Numbered from the stretch's first letter, positions 1 to 8,871 are shown. The stretch is 64,000 nt of DNA from Verrucomicrobiaceae bacterium (GCA_027489965.1 JAIXZA010000053.1:57976-121975); one strand, 5' to 3'. Notes: generated by a model from the letters alone, not told the origin. Program-made: numbers and translations.

Positions 1-2
1 AC

Positions 3-590
3 ATGGAAGGCCCGAAGGGTAAGCGTGACATCGCACGCCGCCTGAAGGCTGGAGATGAAGTCTGGTGCTATGCAGCGCTGGTACAAATGCCCAATGATTG
101 GGAGGCTGCACACGACAAGCCTGCTACAATTAAAGAGAGTAACCCTCCAGTCTGGTGCCTGGATTTCCCGCCGATGAATCATCGTATTCTCAGTTGGGTC
201 ATGCCACGTCATGGCATCACTGGTATTTGCTATTGGGATACCCTGTATGTCCATCCAGGCGTCGATATCTGGGCTCAAGCAGACACGTTTCACAGTGACG
301 TGACTGACGAAGTCTTTAATGGGGACGGTAGCTTCGTTTATCCCGGCACCAAAAAGCGTCATGGGAGAGACACCCCCGTGGCTAGCATACGATTAAAATG
401 GCTGCGTGAGATGTCTGAGGATTACGATTATCTCATGCTGGCAAAGGATCTGGGATTAGAACGTGAAGCTATGGCAAAAGCTGCTAGCTTTGCGCGTGGT
501 TTTGGTGATTGGAATGACGATATGACAAAGCTTTATACAGCTCGCCGCGCTATCGCAGCGATGATTGTTAAAAAAGGAGGTGGTCAATGA
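3..590 (+). CDS. DUF4091-type C-terminal domain protein (glycoside hydrolase 123-like), 5'-partial
   Basis: Motifs GITGICYW, FNGDGSFVYPG and PVASIRLKWLREMSEDYDYL match the DUF4091 C-terminus. The ORF probably begins before the window. ATGA overlap with the next gene. Confidence 0.7.
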   Translation: MEGPKGKRDIARRLKAGDEVWCYAALVQMPNDWEAAHDKPATIKESNPPVWCLDFPPMNHRILSWVMPRHGITGICYWDTLYVHPGVDIWAQADTFHSDVTDEVFNGDGSFVYPGTKKRHGRDTPVASIRLKWLREMSEDYDYLMLAKDLGLEREAMAKAASFARGFGDWNDDMTKLYTARRAIAAMIVKKGGGQ

Positions 591-1726
591 AGCTGGAAAT
601 CATCCGTGATGAAGCTGGTTATCTGGCTTTAGAGCCTGCTTGGGATAAGCTCCTGGCCAAATCATTCACTCATAGCCCATTCCAGACTTGGGAGTACGTG
701 AATCTCTGGTGGCAGGAATGCCGAGATTCATTTCAACTCTGCATCGGAGTCGTTCGTGACCATGAAGGACAGGTGCAGGGAATTGCCCCGCTGGTGATAG
801 GTCCTGGATCTCATAAGTCTCGGCGACACCTCAAGCACCTTGGCTTTATGAATGGTAAAGGCCCACTGCAAGGCGAGCGACTGGACTTCATCGTGCCTGA
901 AGGTCGTGAAAGTGAAGTCACTTCCGTTTTGGTAACAATAGTTTCTGAATCACGTCAGCTTTGGGATGTGGTGAGACTGAATAAGATCCCCACCGAGTCC
1001 ATGAACTATGCGCATATCATGTCTGAACTCCGGTGGGCTGGCAGCGGCATGGGAGTGCTCAATATGACTGAGTGCCGGTGGACTAAATTACCCGAAGACT
1101 GGAATGAATACGCGATGCTTCACTCAGGCAATTGGCGGCGAAAAATGAGAAAGCGCTGGGAGCAATTGACTGAGGGTCATACGCTACGAAAGATCTTGGC
1201 AGGGAAGGACATTCCTGTTCAGGTCGCAATCAACCGATTCTTCGAACTGCATGGCATGGTGTATCCAGAAGGCGTTAGCAGCTTCTTACGTGAAGAATGC
1301 CAGAGAGTGCACCGCAAGCTCCTGACCACTTGGATTTCAGATGGTCGTGCCAGCCTTCCCATGATTGAACTCGATGGTGTGATCATTGCGGGTATTTATT
1401 GCCTGCACTCGCAGAACGAAACGCTCCAATACCAGCTTGGCAGAGATCCTCAATACTCACGATTTGGGCTGGGCAATCTAGCCATGCAATGGAGCTTTGA
1501 GTGCGCGATGAATTCAGGGTCAAGCATTTATGATCTTTTGCCCGGCGACTATCCCTATAAAAAAGAGTGGTGTGATCGTGTACGTTTCGTATCCGACATT
1601 GAATGTTTCAACCCACTCAGCTTAAAGGGCATCATCTTCCGCATTCTCCGCACTCTCAAAAGGCTTTGGACATGTCCGGCTGCGCCCATGGCTCCAGCAA
1701 AAGCGGATGAACCCGAGCCTACCTAA
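587..1726 (+). CDS. GNAT family N-acetyltransferase, CelD/BcsL-like (EPS-associated)
   Basis: N-terminal LEPAWDKL..PFQTWE..WW, GIAPL, and C-terminal YQLGRDPQYSRFGLG..YDLLPGDYPYKKEW, typical of Acetyltransf_6/CelD proteins. Adjacent to a Wzc-like gene. Confidence 0.85.
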   Translation: MKLEIIRDEAGYLALEPAWDKLLAKSFTHSPFQTWEYVNLWWQECRDSFQLCIGVVRDHEGQVQGIAPLVIGPGSHKSRRHLKHLGFMNGKGPLQGERLDFIVPEGRESEVTSVLVTIVSESRQLWDVVRLNKIPTESMNYAHIMSELRWAGSGMGVLNMTECRWTKLPEDWNEYAMLHSGNWRRKMRKRWEQLTEGHTLRKILAGKDIPVQVAINRFFELHGMVYPEGVSSFLREECQRVHRKLLTTWISDGRASLPMIELDGVIIAGIYCLHSQNETLQYQLGRDPQYSRFGLGNLAMQWSFECAMNSGSSIYDLLPGDYPYKKEWCDRVRFVSDIECFNPLSLKGIIFRILRTLKRLWTCPAAPMAPAKADEPEPT

Positions 1727-1773
1727 ACACCTTCAAACTTAAACAATCACTGCATCTTGCCCAGAGGCTAAGG

Positions 1774-4188
1774 ATGCATGATACTCCGCCCTTGATTCAC
1801 ACCATGGCCTACCGCCTAGCACTTGAACCCACGCCGACGAACCCGCTTTTACCGAGCGCGGTAACGGGTTCGCGCGCCTTGGTGCCAATTGCTCCGTCAT
1901 CGTTGGGAATGCCGTCACCTCTTTCACAGGTGGATCATAGCCCATACCTCTCCACGCCTGCGCCACAGTTCAGTGAATCAATCATCAGTATTACCGATCT
2001 ATTTGGTTATCTGAAAAAGCACTGGTTTAAAGGACTTTGTGCGGGCGTTCCAGCCGCAATGCTGATCTTTTATGCTCTTGGTATGGGGGCTAAAGTCTAT
2101 GAGGCGGAGGCTAAATTAAGACTGCGACTGCAAAACAGCAGTGTCGCCACCTTTGGGGAATCTCAAAAAGGTTTCTCAGAACTCAGCGCTCCGCAGTTGA
2201 TCAACAACCATCTCACAGAGATGATGTCACATCGCTTTGCCGATTACTTGTATGATCACTTTGACCCAGTGAAACGTGCAAAGTACGTGGATGATGTCAG
2301 CAAGAGACTTGGCAGGAAAGATCAGCTACTCAGCGCCATCGGGCTGTATAAACCAGGGAAGCCTACTCCTGAACGCGAAGTTTTTGTCAATGCAGTCGCA
2401 GGAGCTGCTCGAGTCGAGCCTCAAAAGGAATCCCATATTCTTCGTCTTTTAGTGCGTGACCTAGATCCTCAAATGGCCGCCGACATCGCCAACAGCATGT
2501 CAGAGCTCTACATGCGTTTTTATGGAGAAAGTGAGTCCAATCTGACGGAAAGTGATCGCACTTACCTCAAACAACAGGCAGAAGTGCTCAGGAAACGTTT
2601 GGAAGACAGCGAGCGTGAACTCACCGCCTACAGTAAAAGTCAAAACCTCTTCCAGCAAGGCGACAACAGAGATGTGGACGGAGAAAGAGTGCGCCAGTTC
2701 AATGTAGCACTGACAGAAGCTCAGCTTAAATTGGCCCGAGCGAAAAACGAATTACAAAGCATTAGGACAACACAACAAGCAGGACGCGACCTCCGCGAAG
2801 TGCGCAGCATTGCAGACAATGCAGATGTGGCTTTTAATCGCAAAGAACTCGAGGCTAAAGTTCTCGATCGTCGTGCCCTTGAGGCGCAATGCGGCCGTCG
2901 CCACCCAAACATGATTGCCCTTGCCAGCGAAATTGAGACCTTAAAAAATGCGTTAGACGCATCCGTTAACTCCGTCGTCACTATGGCTGAGACAGAAGTG
3001 ACCAACCTGGAGCGCCAGATTGCTGACTATGAAAAACAGCTAGGTAACGCCAGAGGCGCAGCGATTGATCAGAGCGGTAAAACCGTGCAGCAGAGACTCT
3101 TGTCCGATCAAGTCAACACAGACAGAGAGAGCTATCAGAAAATTGTCAAAAGTCTGAACCAAGCAGAAATCAGCGGCCAATTCAAAGACGTCGGTGCCCT
3201 TAGCCTTTCTGATGTGGCGACTCCTCCTGAAAAACCAGTCAAGCCAAACAAACCAATTGCAGCTGTCGCCAGTTTGATGATTTTTGGCATCCTTCTGATC
3301 GGACTGCCCGTTGGCTGGGGCTTGTTTGATGATCACGTCATGAAGCTGATCCGCCAAGGTGGCTCACCCTCAATCAATATCCCTTCAGCCAACCAGGTAC
3401 CGCACATTCCAATCGGCCAAGCCGCATCTATGCAGGCACAGCCTACTCCGTCTCAAGCTCTAGCGGTCCCGTCACTATCTAGTATCAGACCGCAGCATCC
3501 GCCTTTAACGATTCCAGGCATGAATCAGGCTCCGGTCTTGGCCAAGCTTCCACTCATTGGTTCAGCCAATCCAGAAGCGATGTTAGGGCAGCTGCTCAAG
3601 CCTGAGCCCATGGGAGCGGCTGGAGCGCTCCATCAAATCACCACTAATTTAGAAATGCAGGCCCTCAAGCGCAGTGGTCTAGGTGGCATCATTCTCATCA
3701 CCAGCGCCGACGCAGGCGAAGGGAAAACGGTCTCCGCTGCTGCCTTAGCCGCAGCCTTCTGTCATCAGGGCCGGAGCGTCTTCATGATGGAATGCAATTC
3801 CGTCTCTCCCACACTGCATCAATGGTTCCCGCAGGCCTACAATCACAGCTCATGGGCTAATGATTTGGAGTCTCTGCGTTATGGCAATACTCACCTCTTT
3901 CTTCTGCCCGCCCACGATTTACCAGCCTACGCGACCAATGAATTGCTAGATGGGTACCGTGCCTGGATCGACCGCGCCCGGCAGCATGTGGACTGGATCA
4001 TTTTAGACGGTGGTCCAGTTCTCAGGAATTTTGCTGATGTCGCCCCTCTAGCTCCTTTGGCCACAGACGTTCTTCTGGTGAATAATCCCAGCATTTCCAG
4101 TCCCGCCAAACTTCGTGCCGCGCTAAATCTGCTCCAGCCCATGATGTCCAGCAGCGCATTCCGAGGCTTGATCGTTCATGGAGGCTGA
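1774..4188 (+). CDS. GumC/Wzc-like polysaccharide co-polymerase with degenerate tyrosine-kinase domain
   Basis: Two TM segments flank a long coiled-coil periplasmic region (GRRHPNMIAL; DVATPPEKPVKPNK). Walker A TSADAGEGKT is present. No C-terminal Tyr cluster. Confidence 0.85.
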   Translation: MHDTPPLIHTMAYRLALEPTPTNPLLPSAVTGSRALVPIAPSSLGMPSPLSQVDHSPYLSTPAPQFSESIISITDLFGYLKKHWFKGLCAGVPAAMLIFYALGMGAKVYEAEAKLRLRLQNSSVATFGESQKGFSELSAPQLINNHLTEMMSHRFADYLYDHFDPVKRAKYVDDVSKRLGRKDQLLSAIGLYKPGKPTPEREVFVNAVAGAARVEPQKESHILRLLVRDLDPQMAADIANSMSELYMRFYGESESNLTESDRTYLKQQAEVLRKRLEDSERELTAYSKSQNLFQQGDNRDVDGERVRQFNVALTEAQLKLARAKNELQSIRTTQQAGRDLREVRSIADNADVAFNRKELEAKVLDRRALEAQCGRRHPNMIALASEIETLKNALDASVNSVVTMAETEVTNLERQIADYEKQLGNARGAAIDQSGKTVQQRLLSDQVNTDRESYQKIVKSLNQAEISGQFKDVGALSLSDVATPPEKPVKPNKPIAAVASLMIFGILLIGLPVGWGLFDDHVMKLIRQGGSPSINIPSANQVPHIPIGQAASMQAQPTPSQALAVPSLSSIRPQHPPLTIPGMNQAPVLAKLPLIGSANPEAMLGQLLKPEPMGAAGALHQITTNLEMQALKRSGLGGIILITSADAGEGKTVSAAALAAAFCHQGRSVFMMECNSVSPTLHQWFPQAYNHSSWANDLESLRYGNTHLFLLPAHDLPAYATNELLDGYRAWIDRARQHVDWIILDGGPVLRNFADVAPLAPLATDVLLVNNPSISSPAKLRAALNLLQPMMSSSAFRGLIVHGG

Positions 4189-4948
4189 TCCACTGCATGG
4201 CATGACCTCCGAATGCCCAGCAGATTTTCTTTCCAGCCTCGAAACGATGGCTGCGCCCAACGTAGACCAAAGAATCGAGCTGCCGAAGGTGATACTCAAA
4301 GAATTGCGTCCGCTAGGGCATGAAATTTCGCTTTGGGCCAATGAAGCCCAGCAATTGGCACTACGTGTCAGCAAAGTTCGCTATCCCGCCGATTTAAAGG
4401 CCTTCCTAAAGCTCTGGCTACCCGCATTGCCTATCAGTCCGCCCACAGAGGCGTTTCACCTCCTGCTCAGCCAGTCTGACAAGGGCTACCAGATCTCTGG
4501 CAGCTCATTGCCATGGATGCATGATCCGACCTGGGCTGCACTGCTCCAAATTCCCGCTCTGCGATCTAGCTGGATCAGTAGCCTACGCGCCAGTCACTTT
4601 GATCACCTCTTGCGCCTTCTGCCTGCTTCATGGCTCATGGACCCCGCGCCATTGCCACCTGGCTGCGTGATTCCTGGAATAGAAATCGCCACATGGGCAG
4701 ATCTAGTCACACTCCGCGATCATGGGCGCAGTTTTAAAATTCATTCTGCGCAATCAGCTTCGACTCTTTCCGATCTTCAATCGCTCTCCGAATGGCAAAC
4801 CATACTGGGAAACCCAGCCCTGGCAGTTTTAGTCGAACAGCCCCACTCAAAAGCATGGATCTTAGCCCGTTATGAGCAGGATGCAGGTAAAATTCAGCTA
4901 GCAGGCGCTTGGCTCGCAGAAAACGGCCAGCTTTTCGCAGCCCAATAA
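4178..4948 (+). CDS. Hypothetical protein (possibly a degenerate ATP-grasp-like verrucomicrobial family member)
   Basis: 256-aa ORF overlapping the Wzc-like stop. The segment LLPASWLMDPAPLPPGCVIPG..W resembles a conserved verrucomicrobial protein from memory only. Confidence 0.55.
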   Translation: MEADPLHGMTSECPADFLSSLETMAAPNVDQRIELPKVILKELRPLGHEISLWANEAQQLALRVSKVRYPADLKAFLKLWLPALPISPPTEAFHLLLSQSDKGYQISGSSLPWMHDPTWAALLQIPALRSSWISSLRASHFDHLLRLLPASWLMDPAPLPPGCVIPGIEIATWADLVTLRDHGRSFKIHSAQSASTLSDLQSLSEWQTILGNPALAVLVEQPHSKAWILARYEQDAGKIQLAGAWLAENGQLFAAQ

Positions 4949-5036
4949 AATCGCACTAACCGAAAGATGAAAAAACCGTCTTGCTGCAAATCGGCGGCGT
5001 GGCATCGTAAATGCTGCTGACTGTGGCAGCACCGCT

Positions 5037-6512
5037 ATGAAAACACCCCTTTCTAATCTCCGTCTTAATTCACGTCGGCTGACCCACGGCGGAGCAGCAC
5101 CCATTATCATCATTGTGCTAGCGCTCATCATCAGCGCGCTTGTTTTCTTCTTCTACACCCGCCCAAAGCTCGAAAAGAAAGATGAGCTGACCAGTGCCGA
5201 ACTTATCCAGACGCCAGAAGTCAGCTCAGCTAAGCCAGCAGCAATGACACCCCCACCGGTTACACCCGCAGTGCCACCGGTTACTCCTCCTCCCACCCCA
5301 GCTCCCAGCTTTGGCTTTGCCCGTCCGCTAGATCTGGCCAAAGAAATGGCACGGAGTTTAGCAACAGGTGATTTCTCCCGCGTCGGCAGCATGGCTGCTG
5401 CGGCTGATCCAGCACAGGCGACCTCCGCAGCCGCCATGCTTGAGAAACTCATGAAAACCATGGGTGCCAAAGTCGGCCCAGAAGATCAGGTGGAACTCCT
5501 CGGCATGGTGGAAAACAAAACACGGGTCGCCATTCCATTCACTCTGCCAGGACAACCCGAGACATTGAGACTGCAAATGGATCTAGAGCGTGACGAACGC
5601 ATGGGCTGGAAGATCACTCGTCTGGAATTGCCGAAGGAGGTAGCCTCCATCCTTCCCGCCGCTGCACCACCAGCCATGGCCGCCAATTCAACGCAGGGCG
5701 GGCCTGCTGTCCCTCCTGCAGATACTGCAATGACGGTAAAGCCAAAGTCTTTGTTTGCCGTTGCGGAGGGGGTCGATGCTCTCACTTTTGGCAGCGACTT
5801 CGTCCGGGCTCTGCTCACGCATGATTTCGCCACAGCTCGGAAAATGGTGGATGAGAAAAAAGTGCCTGCCGAGCGCCTCGCCGGTCTTTGCATCGTCTTT
5901 GAGGAAGGCCAGTATGAGTTTAAACCCACCAAGCCTCTCATCATCACCGTCGCCAATCCAGAAGTCTCCTGGGTCGTCGCCCAAGTGCAATCTCAGGTGC
6001 TTCAACAGACGACTGAATTTGGGCTGGAACTTCAGCGGCCTAACGTGGATCAGCCTTGGCGTGTCGTCGGACTGAATCTCTCAGAAATTTTAGGCTCCTT
6101 TGCAGCCTCTGCCTCGAAAATGGGTGTTCCCTACACTCCCATCATCACGAACCCAACTGGCGGCGAGTCCCTAGCGCTCTATTTTGAATACGATCAGGCA
6201 ACGCTGCATCCTCGCGCTCAAAAGCAGTTGGACATCGTTGCTGGGCTCTTAAAATCAGATCCCAACAAAAAGCTCAAAATCGCTGGTCACACGGACGATA
6301 AAGGCACCGATGACTACAATCTAAATCTGTCTCGTGCGCGTGCAGAAACCGTCAAGGTCCAGTTAGTGGCACTCGGTGTCCCTGAAGCTCAAGTGATCAC
6401 CACTGCCTTGGGTAAAGCTCAGCCTCTGAGCCCCAACCAAAAGGCCGATGGCACTGACGATCCGAGTGGTCGATCTAAAAATCGCCGCGCAGAGATCTTC
6501 CTAGATTTCTAA
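5037..6512 (+). CDS. OmpA-family peptidoglycan-binding membrane-anchored protein
   Basis: N-terminal TM helix and Pro-rich linker. C-terminal OmpA_C motifs: LYFEYDQATL, IAGHTDDKG, NLNLSRARAETV, NRRAEI. Confidence 0.9.
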   Translation: MKTPLSNLRLNSRRLTHGGAAPIIIIVLALIISALVFFFYTRPKLEKKDELTSAELIQTPEVSSAKPAAMTPPPVTPAVPPVTPPPTPAPSFGFARPLDLAKEMARSLATGDFSRVGSMAAAADPAQATSAAAMLEKLMKTMGAKVGPEDQVELLGMVENKTRVAIPFTLPGQPETLRLQMDLERDERMGWKITRLELPKEVASILPAAAPPAMAANSTQGGPAVPPADTAMTVKPKSLFAVAEGVDALTFGSDFVRALLTHDFATARKMVDEKKVPAERLAGLCIVFEEGQYEFKPTKPLIITVANPEVSWVVAQVQSQVLQQTTEFGLELQRPNVDQPWRVVGLNLSEILGSFAASASKMGVPYTPIITNPTGGESLALYFEYDQATLHPRAQKQLDIVAGLLKSDPNKKLKIAGHTDDKGTDDYNLNLSRARAETVKVQLVALGVPEAQVITTALGKAQPLSPNQKADGTDDPSGRSKNRRAEIFLDF

Positions 6513-6537
6513 TTGGGAGAGAATCGCAAGCAGCCAA

Positions 6538-7098
6538 TTACTGCGCACTATCCTTCGCCTGCTGCTGACTCGCGGCATCCAGCTTGCTCATCGCATAGGG
6601 AACCTCTTGTGCGTTGGCGGGCATGCGAAGGATGACGTTTTCACCTTCCAGGCGCACAAAACCAGCCTTGATCTTTTTGCCCTCAAAATTGGTCCAAGTC
6701 ATAATCGGCGGCAGATCTTTTTTGGCCAAGCCCGCTGTCGGAGTCATTTTGGGAGCATCCTTGGTTAAGCCAGCCCCCTCAGTGATCCACTCGCGCATTG
6801 TTTCGATTTCACGACTGGAAAGATTGTCCTTCGGCGGCATATGCGCCTCATGCTCTGCGTCTGCCACGACGATAAAGAGATGACTTTCAGCAGGATTCCC
6901 AGGCACGATGGCCCCTTTTGGATTGATGTCTTTTTGAAACGTCTCTAGATCATCAAAGACATAACCAGCCTTCTTTTTTCCCGCCTTTTCACTGTGACAT
7001 TCATAGCAATGCTTTTCCAAAATAGGTTGGATGTCTTTTTTGAAATCAGCCGCTAAAGTGCTGCTGGTAATGATAAGAAGAGCTGTGAAAACTTTCAT
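6538..7098 (-). CDS. Secreted planctomycete-type cytochrome c (PSCyt1) with C-terminal SHD1-like domain
   Basis: Signal peptide, DFKKDIQPILEKHCYECH heme motif, IVPGNPAES, HMPP, WITEGA. C-terminal WTNFEGKKIKAGFVRLEGENVIL..LDAASQQ is SHD1-like. ATG at 7098 preferred over TTG at 7110. Confidence 0.85.
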   Translation of the reverse strand: MKVFTALLIITSSTLAADFKKDIQPILEKHCYECHSEKAGKKKAGYVFDDLETFQKDINPKGAIVPGNPAESHLFIVVADAEHEAHMPPKDNLSSREIETMREWITEGAGLTKDAPKMTPTAGLAKKDLPPIMTWTNFEGKKIKAGFVRLEGENVILRMPANAQEVPYAMSKLDAASQQQAKDSAQ

Positions 7099-7197
7099 GA
7101 GGAGTGTCAATCAAACGTGCAAGTCACCATGAGCTTAGATTTTGTCTTTTTCACATCCTTCTTTGCGCCCGGTCCAGCATAGCCCAATATCCCTACC

Positions 7198-8088
7198 GTG
7201 CTAGACGCCATCGACAGCTTCATCCTACACCTCGCTACCGAACGAGGCCTGTCCACCAATTACCAGATCCTGGTCCGTGGTGTTTTAGAGGCTTTTGCCT
7301 CTTGGAGTAAAGAAGATCAAAAGCTCGAAGACGTGGCCGCCGTGACAACTCAAACGCTCTCAGACTACCTCGCCCGCCGGAAGCGTGACGGCATTGCAGC
7401 CTCCAGCGCTCGCATTGAGCTGGTGGCCCTGAAGATTTTCTTCCGCTGGTTAGCCGCCCGCGGCAAGCGTGTCGGTGATCCTGCTGAACCCATCCTCCCT
7501 CCGCGCCAAGAAAAGCATCTGCCTGATACGCTGAACGAGCAGGATGCACGGACGCTTGTTGAGTCGATCACTGGAAACAGCGCCCTAGATCGCCGTGACA
7601 GAGCCATTTTAGAGCTCTTTTATGCTAGCGGCCTGCGCCTTTCTGAACTCGTTAATGCGCGATTAGAAAATCTCAGTCTCGAAGAAGGCTGGATCAGAGT
7701 AACAGGGAAAGGGAATAAAACAAGACTTTCACCCGTCGGCGGTGCAGCTCGCGACGCCCTGCAAGCTTATCTGGGTCATGGCCGGCCTGAATTGGTCGGC
7801 AAAAAGACTCAAAGTCACATCTTTCTCTCCATCCGCGGCACCGCGCTGACTCGGATGCGCGTTTATCAAATCGTTCAGGAGCGCGCCAAAACAGCCGGAC
7901 TTGAGAATCGCGTGCACCCACATCTACTCAGGCACAGCTTTGCGACCCATCTGCTGAACAATGGCGCTGATCTGCGTGTGATCCAAGAAATGCTAGGGCA
8001 CGCCGACATCTCGACGACCCAAATTTACACGCATGTGGATCAGAAGCGGCTGAAACAGGTCCATCGCCAGTTTCATCCGCGCGCTTAG
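7198..8088 (+). CDS. xerD: Site-specific tyrosine recombinase XerD
   Basis: Catalytic motifs ASGLRLSEL, VTGKGNKTR, HLLRHSFATHLL, LGHADISTTQIYTH. 296 aa ending HPRA. Housekeeping context. XerC cannot be fully excluded. Confidence 0.9.
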   Translation: MLDAIDSFILHLATERGLSTNYQILVRGVLEAFASWSKEDQKLEDVAAVTTQTLSDYLARRKRDGIAASSARIELVALKIFFRWLAARGKRVGDPAEPILPPRQEKHLPDTLNEQDARTLVESITGNSALDRRDRAILELFYASGLRLSELVNARLENLSLEEGWIRVTGKGNKTRLSPVGGAARDALQAYLGHGRPELVGKKTQSHIFLSIRGTALTRMRVYQIVQERAKTAGLENRVHPHLLRHSFATHLLNNGADLRVIQEMLGHADISTTQIYTHVDQKRLKQVHRQFHPRA

Positions 8089-8108
8089 TGTAATTTTTTT
8101 CAAATGAT

Positions 8109-8122
8109 TGAACAACTCATCA
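8109..8122 (+). promoter_or_regulatory. Imperfect palindrome resembling an ArsR/SmtB operator core
   Basis: TGAACAACTCATCA versus the SmtB-type core TGAACAnnTnTTCA, 25 bp upstream of the Cys/His-containing 129-aa gene. It overlaps TTCAA-atga-TTGAA and lies next to TCAAC-tgac-GTTGA. Confidence 0.25.
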
Positions 8123-8146
8123 ACTGACGTTGACTGAGAGTTCGTT

Positions 8147-8536
8147 ATGTTTGCTCGACTTACCCACTTCCTCATGGTTCTGCTTATGGCAGTCCCCATG
8201 TGCTTGTGTGGCGTAGCTCAGGCAAAAGAGGAAACAGGGTCATGCATGGCCTGTCACAAGTTCCTGCTTCCTGAGGACAAACCTGCGGATCAGCCGACGC
8301 ATCAATCTGACATGCCCTGCTGCCAGGGCACGCTCGAACGAAATCTTTCCCCTGACACGACTGCCACACCCCGACTGGTCTTGGTCGATTTACAGCCATG
8401 GCTGTGGCAGCGTGCCGAGGAGAGCTTCTTACCTGAAACAGGACACGAACTGAGCCTAAGCCAGTTCATTAAAGATCACGGACCGCCGCGTTTGCAGGTC
8501 CCCCTATATTACCTTCACAGCGCTCTGCTCATTTGA
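8147..8536 (+). CDS. Putative metal-sensing leader/arrest protein (DUF2946/CruR-like)
   Basis: N-terminal hydrophobic segment with CLC, then CMACH and CC. HGPP at codons 111-114 followed by a PLYYLHSALLI tail. Sits directly upstream of a Cys-rich peptide gene. Confidence 0.6.
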   Translation: MFARLTHFLMVLLMAVPMCLCGVAQAKEETGSCMACHKFLLPEDKPADQPTHQSDMPCCQGTLERNLSPDTTATPRLVLVDLQPWLWQRAEESFLPETGHELSLSQFIKDHGPPRLQVPLYYLHSALLI

Positions 8537-8706
8537 GTCGGACAGGCGAACTGCCTTGGCTATCAGCGACGAAATTGTCCGTGCGAAAGAGCACCTCAGT
8601 CCGCCGTTCTGGCGCGTCTCTCCCCAGACCGATGGGCAGGCCAATCCCTTCATGTTAAATGGCTTAAAGTAACGAAACTCAATTCAAATTCAAAACATCA
8701 AAGACT

Positions 8707-8871
8707 ATGAAAACGATCCTATCTATCCTCACTCTTGCTGCCCTTTCCACCTCAGCTTTCTCAGGTGAAGCCTGTAGCAAGTGCTGCTCTGACAAAGGCA
8801 AATCCTGCGCAGAGTGCTGCAAAGATGCTGGCAAGACCTGCGGCAAAGATTGCTGCAAAGAGAAGAAGTAA
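8707..8871 (+). CDS. Secreted 54-aa cysteine-rich metallothionein-like peptide (not in supplied ORF track)
   Basis: Manual translation: MKTILSILTLAALSTSAFSGEACSKCCSDKGKSCAECCKDAGKTCGKDCCKEKK*. Clear signal peptide, 9 Cys, A-rich leader typical of this genome's starts, and a terminator immediately downstream. Confidence 0.85.
   Translation: MKTILSILTLAALSTSAFSGEACSKCCSDKGKSCAECCKDAGKTCGKDCCKEKK

Noticed and set aside
7198-8088. Tyrosine recombinase as a phage or island integrase
   Set aside because: Size and motifs fit housekeeping XerD. There is no arm-binding domain, att repeat, tRNA or phage gene nearby.
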